A stretch of DNA of 64,000 nucleotides from Lingula anatina (GCA_051362555.1 CM120640.1:7626001-7690000), one strand, 5' to 3'. Counted from the stretch's first letter, positions 14,901 through 26,528 are shown. The notes: generated from the letters alone by a model not told the origin. Program-made: numbers and translations.

Positions 14901-17042
14901 AAATGAATGTGAATCTTGATAAAAACAAAGTAATAGTTTTCAGAAATGGTGGTTACCTTAGACATTACGAGAAGTGGTTTTTAGACAGCGTGGAGTTAGA
15001 GACTGTATCGCATTATATAAGTACATGTACTTGGGTATTATGTTTACTCCAAAGCTGTCTTGGTCCAAAGCAAAACAAACTTTAGTAACTCAAGCAAAGA
15101 AATCTATGCAAGATGTTTCAGGTTATTTAAAAATGTGGGATCTTTGCCCCACGTCTTATGTTTTAAGATATTTGATTCAATGATAAAACCCATACTTACA
15201 TATGGAGCAGAAATATGGGGTTATGAAATATCCGAATCAATAGAGAATGTTCAAGTTAAGTTTTGTAAAAGATTATTGATGGTATCGGATAATGCAAGCA
15301 CACGAGTAGATCTTGGGGAATGTGGTCGTTACCCTCTATTCATAGATTATCATGTAAAATGTATTAAGTATTGGTTCAAGCTTTTGTGGTTGGACGACGG
15401 TAGGCTACCGACATCATGCAACAAGTTACTGGTTGACTTAGATAGTAGTGGGAGGCAAACATGGGCGAGTGACATCAAGCATCTTTTATATTCATATGGA
15501 TTTAGAGTAGTATGGGAAAACCAAGGATGTCGAAATGTGGAACTTTTTACAGAACAGTTTAAACAACGATTAATGATATAAGCAGGTAGAATTGGTACGC
15601 GAATCAGGCAAGCTAAGGACCTACAGCTCATTTAAACTAGATTTGGTATTTGAGGAATACTTATATTTTGTGCCCAAAGCAGAGCATAGAAGGGCCCACT
15701 GCAAGTTCAGAATATCAAACCAAAATTTACAGGTTGAGAAGGGTCGGTCTGCCATTGTAGATGGGGAAAATAGAGTATGTGCTGCATGCCTTTCTGATGG
15801 CATAACAATTACTGAGAATGAGGAACACGTGTTTATGTCATGTAGTTTATAAAACGGTCTGAGGGAACGCTATATTCCCGAGATTACATTATTGTCACTA
15901 GCGACTGCTCTGTCATCACATAATGTTGAGAAATTAAGAGATGTTTTTATAGATAAATGATTTATGTCGTTTATGACATATATCTATGTAGTCAGCTCAG
16001 TATTATTATAAATAGAACTCAACTGATGTACTCTTGGCCTGTAGGCCTGAAATACAGTGAAATAAACAAGGAATATATTTCTGGTGATTCATGTTTCAAT
16101 CAACCACTACCAATTCACCCACGTCATGGATGCTGATGCAGCCCCACACCATGATGGATATGCTGCTCCAGGTTCGAAAATTCAGTGCATGTGGTGCAGA
16201 TGCTTTAACAGCAGTTCGCCTGCATCGGACCCGTCTGTCATCAGAGGTCAGACCAAAGCGACACTCATCAGAAAAACTATATAGGACCAACTGTCATGGA
16301 CTGTCCAGTTCCAGATCCTGTTGGCCCTAGCTCACTCTACGTTGCCGGTTTTGTAACGATATAAGAGGTTTCAGTTTTGCCATGCTGTACACTCTCTGAG
16401 CATGTAACCGACGCCTAGCAGTTTTCACAGACAGATTCTTATGTGTGAAATTGTTCCACTGTGTTTTCAACTGACAAGCAATGTCGAACCTTGACAACCT
16501 TGACATCAAAATCAGTCGTCGATCTTCACGATCAGTAGTTTTTCTTGGCCGACCCATCAGAGGCAATTTGTTTCTTGATCCAGTGTTTCTTTACTGAGAT
16601 CAGACCCTCTGCACGGTTCTGTCTGAACAATTCAACTGTATCGATATTCTGACATTGCTTTTATTCCACCTCTTCAGGTTAATACTTGACGTCTATAATC
16701 GTTAGATAATTACCTGTATCTTGCCATATTGGAGGAAGACAGGAATAACATATGCTGTACATGTACAAGACCAACAATACAATTCCATGGTACAGCGGTT
16801 TTATACTCATTTGTCACATTAATAGTAGACCAGGGCCCCGTATCTCGCTGTGTTGCGCACGTGCGCAAGCGTCTCGATTCCATAACTCGCCCATACTCGT
16901 CCCATATAATACATTGTAGCCTCTATTTGATATAGCGATTCGCAATAAGCGATGCTTTCGAGATACGGGGCCCAGGCATTATAACTACCCAAGATCTGCC
17001 TACTTTGATTACTCTGATTTAAGGGGTGACACTTCTATTGTC

Positions 17043-17088
<46 letters not shown>

Positions 17089-20000
17089 TGAAGGGGTCCG
17101 GTTTATTTAGGGATTGATCCTCACGCCTAGGCGTCAAGACACACTCGAGGGCAATGGAGTTTTGGGGGGCAAATGGCGCCATTTGATACAGTTTAGAACT
17201 TGATTAATATTTTTTGATTAAGATTTTTGCGTTTTTTTAATAAGAAATCTGCCATTGTAGTAAATATTCCCTTTTCGGCAAGGCTTTTCTTAGTGAACCT
17301 CCCAGCTCTCATTTGAATGGCCGGTGGCATCACCAGGCGGCCTATTATGTTTTCAAAGACGGCTAGTCGCCTAACGTTATTTTTGAAAAATGGGGGTTTG
17401 GCTTGCGGGGCGGCGGTGGGCGTCGTACGAAATTCCCTTAGAGTAACGGCACCTGACAAAGCTGATAGACAAGAAGGCAATTTTCATATTTTCATCGAGA
17501 GACCGCGCGCAATCCGAAAGAGACGAGAAGGCAATTTTCATATTTGTTCAAGAGACTTCGTCAGCTGAAGATTGGGATCAGAAGATAGTAACTGATTCGA
17601 GTGTGACGAGGAGCTAATGTCCATATCATCAGCGGAAGATCGTTCGCGATAGAGCAAAACGAGAAAGCAATTTTAGTATTCGTTGAAGGGACTTCGTTCG
17701 CGGAAGATCGTCAGCCAGAGATCATTACCGATCCGAACGAGACGAGGGGGCAATGTTCATATATTCAGCGGTAGATCTAGATCGTTCGCGATCCGAGCGA
17801 AACGAGAAAGTAATCTTAATATTTGTTCAATGACTTCTTTCGTGGAAGATCGTAAGCCGGAGATCGTTCGGGATGCGAGCGAGATGAGAAGGCAATTTTC
17901 ATATTCATTTAAAGTAGTTTGTTCGCGAAAGAGCGTCAGCCGGAGATCGTTGTCGATTATTTATAACCCTCTTTCCCCTTGAAACTTATTATTTTTAAAT
18001 ATTCTTTTATTTAATTTTATCCCCCCACCTCCCAGCTCACTGCACTTGGAAAAGTTGGACGCCTTGAAATTTTGAAGGAAGTTACAGATAGCAATTTTGG
18101 ACGGCCGGTACCCCAATTCTTGAATGAGCCAACATAGGTAAACTGTGTTTTAATTTACTTCTATGACTGAATAGGGTTTCTTTAGTGGTATTGGGTGTAT
18201 GTTTTGAACAACTTTAAAATACAAAGGCATTTGTTTGTGAGGATACAGGATTTCTAAAAAATCAGTACATTATGGGAGATTATGGTCAGCGTTGGAAAAA
18301 AGGGGTCCAGACCTCCTGGGTCCTCCCGTCCCAGATCCGCTTGGTACATAAAACTACTGGGTCAGGTAAACCAGGCTATGGAAACATAAACAGAAGTATA
18401 AGCAAGAATAAAAATGTGTATGCATGTTTTACTGATTTTAAAAAGACCTTCGACACAGTGTTGCATAAAGGGCTCTTCCTCAAACTTCTCAAGCTGGGCA
18501 TTGGGGGGAATTTCTATAAACTAGTTAAGTGCATGTATAATAACACCAGGCTAGGTGTATCTGTACATGCATAAAACCATCTTTGGCCAATATAGAGAAA
18601 AGAGTCGGTGAAACGGGCCAGCCATACACTGGCCCCTGGAAATTTGACTCTGATTGACTCCATGAGAGCCAGGGGGTGATTGACTCTGATAAGATAATCT
18701 AAAGACTCTGGTAATGGGGTAATTTGACCCTTATATAGGAGTCAAATTTTAATTAAAACTCCATGAGGATCAAGGGGTGCTGGACCCTGACTAGAGAGTC
18801 AAATGACTCCAATATTATTATCAGTGATGCGACCCCACTGAATGTAATTGTTACGAAGGACAGACGGTTTTAAGCGAGCTACCGTGTGAAGGGTGTGCTG
18901 CCTGCTTAAAGAAACACGAACAGTGTTCAGAGTTTTTCCAATATTCGGACAACGTGGTACCTATGACGGTAGAAGCTGTAGCGCTGGTAAAGGAAGGCTG
19001 CGTATTGAGTGAGGAGAAATTAATGGCAGGCGACAGAAAAGAACCGAGTGACACAGCCGCTCTTTCAGATTTCAAGTCGAAATTGATGAGGGCGTTATTA
19101 GGACTTATGTTCGCGGTGTTGATTATTTTACAAATTGCGTGTGAGTTTTACCAAAATGAGAGATACGGTAAAATCGTGCAGAAACAGATTGGTGAGATTT
19201 CAATCGTCGAGAGAGCGCCGAAAGCGAATCGTTTGATAGTCAGTGACACTTCTTGTCATCGTGATTCAATAGAAGATTCGAAGGAACGCTCAGATATGGA
19301 GGTGTCTGTCGAGGATTCCGATTATCAGAAGAAGGACAGAAATGTGAGGAATAAGTCGGAGGCTGCAATCCACCCCAGAATGGATCTGTGGTTATAGCGC
19401 GACTGAAGCTAACTTACAGAGGGAGGACCCTGATCTTGAGGACCGTGATGACTTGGATGGGAAATTCGACTGTTCGTCCTCCGAGGGATCAAGTAGCCGC
19501 CGAGAGCCCAGCTGTAAGGAAGATGTGGTTGCATTGGGAACAGTTATTGCTGGTACAAGGTGTGTTAATCCGACGGCGGGAATTTCCGGTTGGGTTTAAT
19601 TTTCAACTTTTAGTGCCGAAGAATCTCCAGTCCGTAGTCTTAGAAGCTACGCACAATTCCGTAATGTCAGCACATCTTGGTGTCAACAAAACTGTGTCCA
19701 AGATAAAGCGGAAATTTTACTGGTACAGAATGAAGGAAACTGTGCGCGAGTGGATAAGGATATACTCAGTGTGCGGAGCACTAAAAAGACCAGCTAGAAC
19801 GCCCAAGGCGCCGTTAGGACGTTATATCGTCGGTGGCCCAGGTGAGCGTGTCTCAACTGACATTCTTGGGTCCTTACCTGTTAGTGACAGTGGACATCGT
19901 TACATCTTGTTGGTTATGGATAATTTTACGATTGGTGTTTTACGCGATTCAGGATCAGACGGCAGAGACTGTAGCTCATAAACTAAAATACGAATATTTC

Positions 20001-23000
20001 TCCCGTTTTGGACCGAGTTTGGAAATACATTCAGATGAAGGTAGCAACTACGAATCAGCATTATTCCAAGAAACGTGCAAGTTGCTGGGAATTACGAAAT
20101 CGAGGACCACCGGATTTTGACCGCAGAGTAACGGAATGTCAGAGAAATTTACCGGTTCCCTACTCAGAGGGAAATTATGATAAAGCGGAGGCGGAATATT
20201 ACGAGAAAAGATCAATGAAATCTATGTCCACGTAAGAGACCAACTGAAAAAGGCATTCGAAAGACAAAAGAAGGACTACGATACCAGGATTTTGACTAAA
20301 AATTTCCTAGTGGGACAACTTGTTTACGTTTTTGACTGCACCAGAAAATTAGGATTAAATCCCAAACTTAAAAGTGGAAGGGACCTCTAGGTCTTGTTGG
20401 TACCAAGAAACTAAGTAACTTCTTGTTTGAAATAAGAGGCCGCCCAAAAACAAAAATCAAAAATCGTTCATCATGACAGAATGAAACCGTACCTCAATCA
20501 TGATGTTCCGGAGTGGGCGACAAGTTTACAAGGGGGACTACAGAAATCTGAGACCACCTAGAAACCAGGTGTAATTACCGACGTAAAGGATTTTTATGTC
20601 GAAAACAAATCGTAGAAAACACAAGTTGGGAAAGCCAAAACAAATAGATGGACCATGAAATTAACAAGACGATGACGGATGTGAAGCGTAGCAGCAGACA
20701 GGTCGGTTTTCATTGTGAAAGGCTATCGCCACGTGCCATTAATACCCTCGTCACACTAGGGGCAGAATGAGCAGGAATGCCATCGGAAAGAGAATTTTTT
20801 GTGCGTTCCTGGATATTCGAAGAGCATTCTAAAAATTCCGAGTGCATTTACCCATTCTTGTAGCCGACCCGAATGTTTTGCTCATGTTAAAAACTTTCGA
20901 AGTACATTCCAAGTGAAAAATTATCGAATGGAATTTGAATATTATTATAACTGCACTATGACTGCATTTTGAATACTTTCACGACATTCCGACAACATTC
21001 GAAATATTGTCGTCCAAATATTGTCAGTTTTTAATCGTCCTGAACTCTGAAAAAAAAACTAGCTTTATGCTTTCCGTCACAGGTCTGGAGCTCTTGGAAT
21101 AACGTACATTATTAATAGAAGGTAAACTCACAGGTATCTACAATAACATCAGAAAATAACAGCTTCAATAAACTCCAACGAGATAAAATACGCACTATCA
21201 TGTGAATAAGTAATGTTACTCCACCCCCACCCCCACCCCAGTGCAAATACACGCGTCACTCTCGAAATCATGGTCTAGAATGAAACATCATATCGGCCTT
21301 TACGCCTACGTAATATCCACATCCAACCAGGACTGAAACATATTTGGATACAATGTCCCATGAAGTGGTAATATACTATGAAGTCGCCTAAGGGTTCTTA
21401 TTTTTTTAACCAACGAAGTCGCTTTCTATCATGAAGTAGTCATTTTTATCCGATGAAGTGGTAATATACTATGAAGTATCTTAACATACGACTTTTTTAA
21501 AGGTAGCTCGAAAATATTAAATATTTCTAAACAATATAATACCTTCTTGGTGCTTTCCGTCCAGCTTTTCAAGCATGAGACCGTAAAACGTTGGCAGGTT
21601 GGACGCCTCGGGTTGTGCAATTGGCTTGTAAAAACTGAAATGATAAAAAGCATAAACATGAAGATTTCCCGTGGAATTATTTCTCATATATTAGACCAAC
21701 CAAAATTTTTGGTAACAAAATTGAAAACCAACATGATCTTTATTCAATCCCTAATCATCATTTCAATCTTTAGACCAACCAAAATTTTGGTAACAAAAAA
21801 GAAAACCAACAAGATCTTTAATCAATCCCTATTCATTCAGAATGAACATCTATTGTTTAGGTTTGTGCGAGATACGGTGACCTAAGTCAGGTGATGTTAC
21901 AAAATATAGGAAACATATTCTCTTTTCTGGAGGAAACCAACATGTTCATGGCATTGCTATGATTCTTAACAAGAGCCTTGCCAACTCGGTACTTCATTTT
22001 GGCCCATAAACGACCGAATAATGCTAGTTTAAAAACCTAAAGCTTGTCCTTTTAACATCCATATTATTGTTGCATATGCTCCAAGGTCAGTGGCTGACAG
22101 CTCTGAGATCCATGATTTTGACCAATCTCTCGATAAATTGATGTATTCCTGCAAGGCTGATGATATCAAGGTAGTTATGGGTGATTTCAACGACAAAGTA
22201 GGTGAGGGAGGTGACGGAAAGATAGTTCGACAGTTTGGTTTAGGTGAAAGGAATGAACAGGGAGACCGATTTGTAGACTGGTGCAGAGATAAGAACCTAA
22301 CCATCACCAACACCTGGTTCAAAGTACATTCATGAAGACGCTACACATGGATCAGTCCCGATGGCCGAGCCAGGAATCAGATTGACTTTATTGCAATCAA
22401 TTCAACATTCCGAAATTCTATTAAGAATTCCCATGTATTCCCAGGAGCAGATGTTTTTTCAGAACACAATCACGGCCATGTAACGTGACCCAGAGATACG
22501 CAACAAATTTAAAAGGGAAGTTTCTCAAAAGTTTGCCAATGTCAGCCCAGAATAATATAGAAAAACACTACCACCAAATAACAAAAAACTATTCAAGAGG
22601 CAGCTGAGAACAACATCCCCAAATTGAAGCCAACCCAGCGGGCAAATTATGTCGTTTTATCGTTGAAACAACGTTGAACCATAACGTTGAGAAGACATTG
22701 GATAAACGTTGGATTTGAAAGTTGTGTCAACCTGAGATAACAACTATGTATCAACGTCAGAAAACAATGTTATATCAACCCCACCCAGCGGGAAATTAGC
22801 CTGGATGTGTTTAGCAGTAGGGCATGTTTGATGGCTAAATATATGTAGGGTATAAATGTATGGCCTTTAAGTTAAAATTTCCAAGGTTAAGATTAAGAAG
22901 ATAACTACATGTACAAGTCACAGTCACCTCAACCTGTCTATCTATAACAGGTTACCAAGAACTGTTAACTCCATCACATTTACAGCAAATTATTCATCCT

Positions 23001-25571
23001 AGTGTTAGCTAACCTAGCAAGGGATTCAGTTTATTGGAATGTATTTCTGAATAACAAGTTAAATAAATTCACTAGTTAACTAAGACAAAACAACTGTCAC
23101 TTTTACTTGAAAACCCTGTGTTATTATTTTGATAAATTTAGTTATAGTATTGATAATAAAGTATCACGATTTCAATAATTAATATTTTAAATTACAATCC
23201 ATAACTGCAAAGTTGTGTCATTGACCAAAATACAACGTTGAGTCAACGCAACTTTGCCTGCTGGGCAAGAAACCATCATCCCACTGGTTCAGTTCTGAAC
23301 CCAAAGATCTCTTACAGAAAAGAAAAATCTGCAAATCCAACCCTGTGCAGTACAAAAAAATAAACCAAGAATACATCAAGAAATGCCGCGAATCAAAAGA
23401 AGCGACTTAAGGGAAAAATGTAAAGAAGTTGAGAAGCTTAGCTTAGAAGCTTAGCGCCAAGAAAATATTTCAAAAGATCAACGAGATTGTAGGTCAACGA
23501 TCTACCCCTCCTTCTAAATGCATTAAAGCTGCCAATGGTAGTGTCTAAAAGGAATTTAAAGATGTCTCAGCTAACTGGGAAGATTATGTTCAAGATCTCT
23601 TCGATGACGACCAAGAACCAGAGGGCATTGTTCTAGAAAGTGCAAAAACCGGTCCACCAATTCTAAAGTCAGAGGTGAAGTGGGCACTGGAAAATATGAA
23701 AGTCGGAAAGGCAGCTGGACTAGATGAGGTATACACAGAGATGCTCAAGAAGGTACTGACATGATTTGGAATCTAGTCAATGAAATCTATGAGACTGGAA
23801 AGTTTCAGAAGGACATACTCAAATCCATTTTTATCACCCTGCCCAAAGTCCCGGGGATAATTGATTGTTCAAGTCATCGCACAATAAGCCTGATGTCCCA
23901 CATTCTCAAAATCCTATTGAAAATCATCTTACAAAGAATTAGACGCAAAATTCTGCAAGAAATTCCACCCTCCCAGTTTGGTTTCATGAAAGACAGAGGC
24001 ACCAGAAATGCCACATTTGTTCTCAGAATGCTTAGCGAGAGAACCTTACAACATCAACGAGACCTGCACATGGTTTTCATCGACTATCAAAAAGCCTTTG
24101 ACAAGATCTGACATGAGGAACTCTTCAAAACGCTTGAAAAATTGAAATAGATGACAAAGATATGCGGGTTATGAGATCAGTCTACTGCCATCAACTTGCA
24201 GCAGTCCGCCTTCCTGAAGGCATGACCAACTGGTTCCCCATCAAAAGAGGAGTGCGTCAGGGCTGTGCCATGTCCCCAGACCTTTTAAACTTATACTCTA
24301 AAATGATCTTGAGAGATCTGGAGGATCGTCCGGAAGGAATCACAGTCAATGTTGTCAGGATAAACAATCTCCAATTTACCAATGATACAGTTATTTTAGC
24401 TACATCTAGTGAGAATCTCCAAATCTTTTTGATGCTGCCGTTGCCTCCAGCGCAAAGCTTCGACTACATGTCAACAGCAAGAAAACAAAAACCATGGTGG
24501 TTTCAAAGTCAGAGGTCACGCCACTTTGCATATTGCTTCACGGGAACACTCCTATCGACCATTCAACTATCTCGGGGCCCTTGTGACATCCAACGCCTGT
24601 TGCAAGACAGAAATCCAAAGAAGAATTGGTCAAGCGAAATATGCATTCACTCGTCTCGCCAAATCTTCAAGGATCGTGGGCTGCCCTTTAAGATAAAGAT
24701 CCGCCTCCTTAAAACCTATGTTTGGTGTACTCTTCGTATGGCTGTGAGTCCTGGACTTTGACAGCAGAAACTAAACGTAACATTGAAGCAGCTGAAATGT
24801 GGTTCTACAGGCGAATGCTCCGAATTTCCTACTTTTATCATGTTACAAATGAAGAGGTCCTTAAACAGATTGACCAAAAAAGCTTCTCAACACTGTCAGA
24901 GAAAGACAACTGAGGTTCTTGGGACATTGCATCAGAAATGAGGGTTTAGAAGATCTTAGCCTTAGCGGTAGAATGCCTGGCAAAAGTGCCCGAGGCAAAC
25001 AGCGAAAGTCCTTTCTTGACAATTTTGAATTGCCAACGAGACACCTTTGGTCATGGGCGAGAAATAGAACCCTTTGGCAAAATATTATCGTTCGTCAAAC
25101 ACCGAATCGGTGATGGCACATGAAGAAGAAGATAGCTTCTTTAAAGTTAAACCTGTCTTCATTAACAAGAGATTTTTTGTAAAATACTAGAAAAAGAGCG
25201 TTTACATGTATGTCTACTTCCCACCAAGTAAATTTTAATTGCAGGATGTATTAGAACTGTTCCATATACAGTTAGTCAAACGGAATATCTTATTTGAGAT
25301 GTTCGATGAACAGTATTCCACAATCTTAGATATTTACCTTCCAACTTGCGTTTTGCATGTGCAGCAGTAGCATTTCCACCTGGCGTAATCCCGAAACCAC
25401 ATACGTTCGGTCCGATTCTGTAAAAGATGTTTTCTTTAAAGTGAAAAAATGGACTCTGAGCCCTTAAAAACATGTTTTTATCAGCGGTATTTCCTAAATT
25501 TCCAGGGTAAACAGTGGAATTTTTTAGAGGGGGGGAGGTGGAGTTCGTAGGTGTCGTTACTTTCTTGATAA

Positions 25572-25632
<61 letters not shown>

Positions 25633-26528
25633 TTTTTGTTACCTTTTCCTCTGTGTATAGGCCTACTTTGCAGTTTTCCTTGACGCACACTATATCGCGC
25701 TTGCATTCTAAAAAGAAAAATGGGTCAATAAAATGTATAATATAGCCTACCAGTTAAAAGCAAGGCTACGTTTACATAGTGGTCGGTTTTTGAAAAGCAG
25801 TATTTGTGATGTTATTGTCGTAAATAATACTCTTGCCAACAGAGAGTTGCAAAGCGAAAGCAGAAAAATACTTCTGGTCTGTCCTGACCATGAACGTTAC
25901 AAATGTCGTTTAATCTGTTCTCACGTTGACTCTTCTATAAAATGGCATATTTACACCAAAAATGGTACATATGTTTTAAACGATGACATATAAACACGTA
26001 CATTTTTATGGGCTTGTCTAAAATCTCATATCAAATTTTCCCTTTTGATTAGTTCTCTGTCAGTTTTACTGGCCTCTTATACCCTCCACTAGGGCTTCAG
26101 ACTGACTTTTCACAGGATATTCACAAATATGTCTTTAGGTAAATAGACCGTCATTTTACTCTCTCTGTTTTTTTTTTTCACTTTTCCCCTGTAACATCTG
26201 CCACCCTGGTAGGGGGTAGGCCCCGAATACGTTCACACAATTCCCCACATAATCTCCCCCACTACAAAAACCGTCCCGCGCATCTTGAAAGGAAAAAAAA
26301 AAAAAAACAGCGTTTTAAAACATGACTTACTTTCGTCTGGGTCGTAGAAAGTTTTGACGGGCAAACAATACACGTGAACGTCTGTCAAACACATTTCCAC
26401 ATCCCTCCCCTGCTCCTGCTCGTACTCTGGATCCAAAGCCACGCCCTCAGCCTGGAGATCATCCACAGAAGTGACAACACAGGTCTTGGCCAGGGTCGCC
26501 TTGCATTTGTGGCAATTTAGGTTGACCT
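4933..26528 (-). CDS. Multi-exon gene (5' incomplete): tandem CULT/Yippee-like Zn-binding domains plus C-terminal caspase-like peptidase C14; exons 26331-26528, 25643-25707, 25338-25417, 12523-12593, 11751-11903, 9713-9780, 6588-6664, 6296-6378, 4933-5975
   Basis: All 9 exons have AG acceptors and the 8 internal ones have GT donors. Phases are compatible (1,0,2,1,1,0,2,1). The total of 1838 nt plus 1 upstream nt gives 613 codons with no internal stop. Translation: ..VNLNCHKCKATLAK..FYDPDEKCKRDIVCVK..RMWFRDYARWKCYCCTCKTQVGRRFQNFDRHFYGLLL..GWLWCESCRNHLFQLEDI..LKDELGTPRKILTVK..DGWFEDYIEFCPVCCTVCKKTIGRDY..RIAIVVGN..YFSGHG..IIDACR. Confidence 0.85.
6296..6378 (-). CDS. Exon (phase 2-1): end of CULT-like domain 2, DYKSASNDDTLGVVFWEKIGGQFSIPT
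   Basis: tttttcttcacag acceptor, CAG|gtaaaa donor, 83 nt, open in the required frame. Confidence 0.8.
6588..6664 (-). CDS. Exon (phase 0-2): AEDGWFEDYIEFCPVCCTVCKKTIG, WF-x-x-Y motif and second CxxC of domain 2
   Basis: ttttctcaatag acceptor, CG|gtatgt donor, 77 nt. Confidence 0.85.
7230..9170 (-). mobile_element. Decayed Tc1 element split by a younger insertion (~7491-8452)
   Basis: HLPWSSKSPYLNRIDNMW (WPxxSPDLNPIEN) at ~7340-7390 and GSVSIWSG (GGSVMVWG) at ~8560-8585. The intervening segment is bounded by ggcgtaac...gttacgcc, and its right end recurs inverted at ~26707-26750. Confidence 0.65.
9713..9780 (-). CDS. Exon (phase 1-0): TPRKILTVKGDKLKGNRGDPSK
   Basis: ctatttccag acceptor, AAG|gtaatt donor, 68 nt; paralogous to exon 25643-25707. 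Confidence 0.8.
11751..11903 (-). CDS. Exon (phase 1-1): WLWCESCRNHLFQLEDI...LKDEL, first CxxC of domain 2
   Basis: ttattccacaacag acceptor, G|gttagt donor, 153 nt; overlaps ORF 11746-11976. Confidence 0.85.
12523..12593 (-). CDS. Exon (phase 2-1): RFQNFDRHFYGLLLKELHGPHLE, end of CULT-like domain 1
   Basis: ttgcag acceptor, AAG|gtaagg donor, 71 nt; FYGL matches the cereblon-type F-W/Y-G-L C-terminal strand. Confidence 0.85.
14531..16072 (+). mobile_element. 5'-truncated non-LTR retrotransposon (L2/Crack/CR1-group), frameshifted RT
   Basis: GTRQRCMVNPFLF, LLYADDL, YKYMYLGI, PILTYGAEIWG, KFRISNQNLQVEKGR..C..C..ENEEHVFMSC; 9-bp TSD atatatttc at 14522-14530 and 16073-16081. Confidence 0.9.
16834..16972. 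mobile_element. PIF/Harbinger-like MITE nested in the Tc1 element
   Basis: TIR ggccccgtatctcg...cgagatacggggcc with 3-bp TSD CAG; related copy at ~3637-3750. Confidence 0.8.
17440..18120. repeat. Dispersed repeat with internal ~50-bp subrepeats (gagaaggcaattttcatatt); inverted pieces at ~26920-27215 and ~33750-33990
   Basis: Repeated gagaaggcaattttcatat and gatccgagcga motifs; reverse-complement matches seen by eye. Confidence 0.7.
18370..18570 (+). mobile_element. LINE reverse transcriptase fragment
   Basis: VYACFTDFKKTFDTVLHKGLFLKLLKLGIGGNFYKLVKCMY. Confidence 0.8.
18827..20700 (+). mobile_element. Gypsy/Ty3 LTR retrotransposon pol remnant (integrase), frameshifted, no LTRs seen
   Basis: HNSVMSAHLGVNKT..KFYWYRM (Zn-binding region), ERVSTDILG.LP..SGHRYILLVMDNFT, IHSDEGSNYES. 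Confidence 0.88.
21890..25132 (+). mobile_element. RTE-clade LINE, near full length, many stops and frameshifts
   Basis: APE endonuclease motifs GDFNDKVG, GLGERNEQG, TWISPDG..NQIDFI; RT motifs RTISLMSH, FIDYQKAFD, GVRQGC, YGCESWTL, AAEMWFYRRML; (GAA)n tail at ~25122-25131. Confidence 0.92.
22634..23265. mobile_element. CCCAG-terminated non-autonomous DNA element (CACTA/EnSpm-like) inserted in the RTE
   Basis: cccagcgggcaaa...tttgcctgctggg termini, TSD CAA, caacgttg subterminal motifs. Confidence 0.85.
25338..25417 (-). CDS. Exon (phase 0-2): NRTERMWFRDYARWKCYCCTCKTQVG
   Basis: tcttttacag acceptor, AAG|gtaaat donor, 80 nt; resembles cereblon SWFPGYAW..C..C..HIGW. Confidence 0.85.
25643..25707 (-). 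CDS. Exon (phase 1-0): CKRDIVCVKENCKVGLYTEEK
   Basis: tttttctttttag acceptor, AAG|gtaaca donor, 65 nt. Confidence 0.8.
26331..26528 (-). CDS. Exon (phase 1-1): VNLNCHKCKATLAK...KTFYDPDE, first CxxC of domain 1
   Basis: ttttctatgtctcag acceptor, A|gtaagt donor, 198 nt; overlaps ORF 26233-26466. Confidence 0.82.

Larger units (their letters stand above)
14004..17047 (-). mobile_element. Tc1-family DNA transposon with perfect 26-bp TIRs; transposase decayed and interrupted
   Basis: TIR cactggacaatagaagtgtcacccct at 14004-14029 and its reverse complement at 17022-17047. Fragments GRPRKTT, FSDECRF, IMVWGCIS, EDDNAPCH. Confidence 0.92.

Noticed and set aside
25831-25934. Alternative candidate exon KSQRENRLNDICNVHGQDRPEVFFCFRF with an NPHG-like look
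   Set aside because: Phase-incompatible with exon 26331-26528. Exon 25643-25707 has stronger splice sites and matches the paralogous exon.
26110-26155. F-box-like peptide MTVYLPKDIFVNIL on the minus strand
   Set aside because: Immediately followed by several stops and has no usable splice sites; likely chance.
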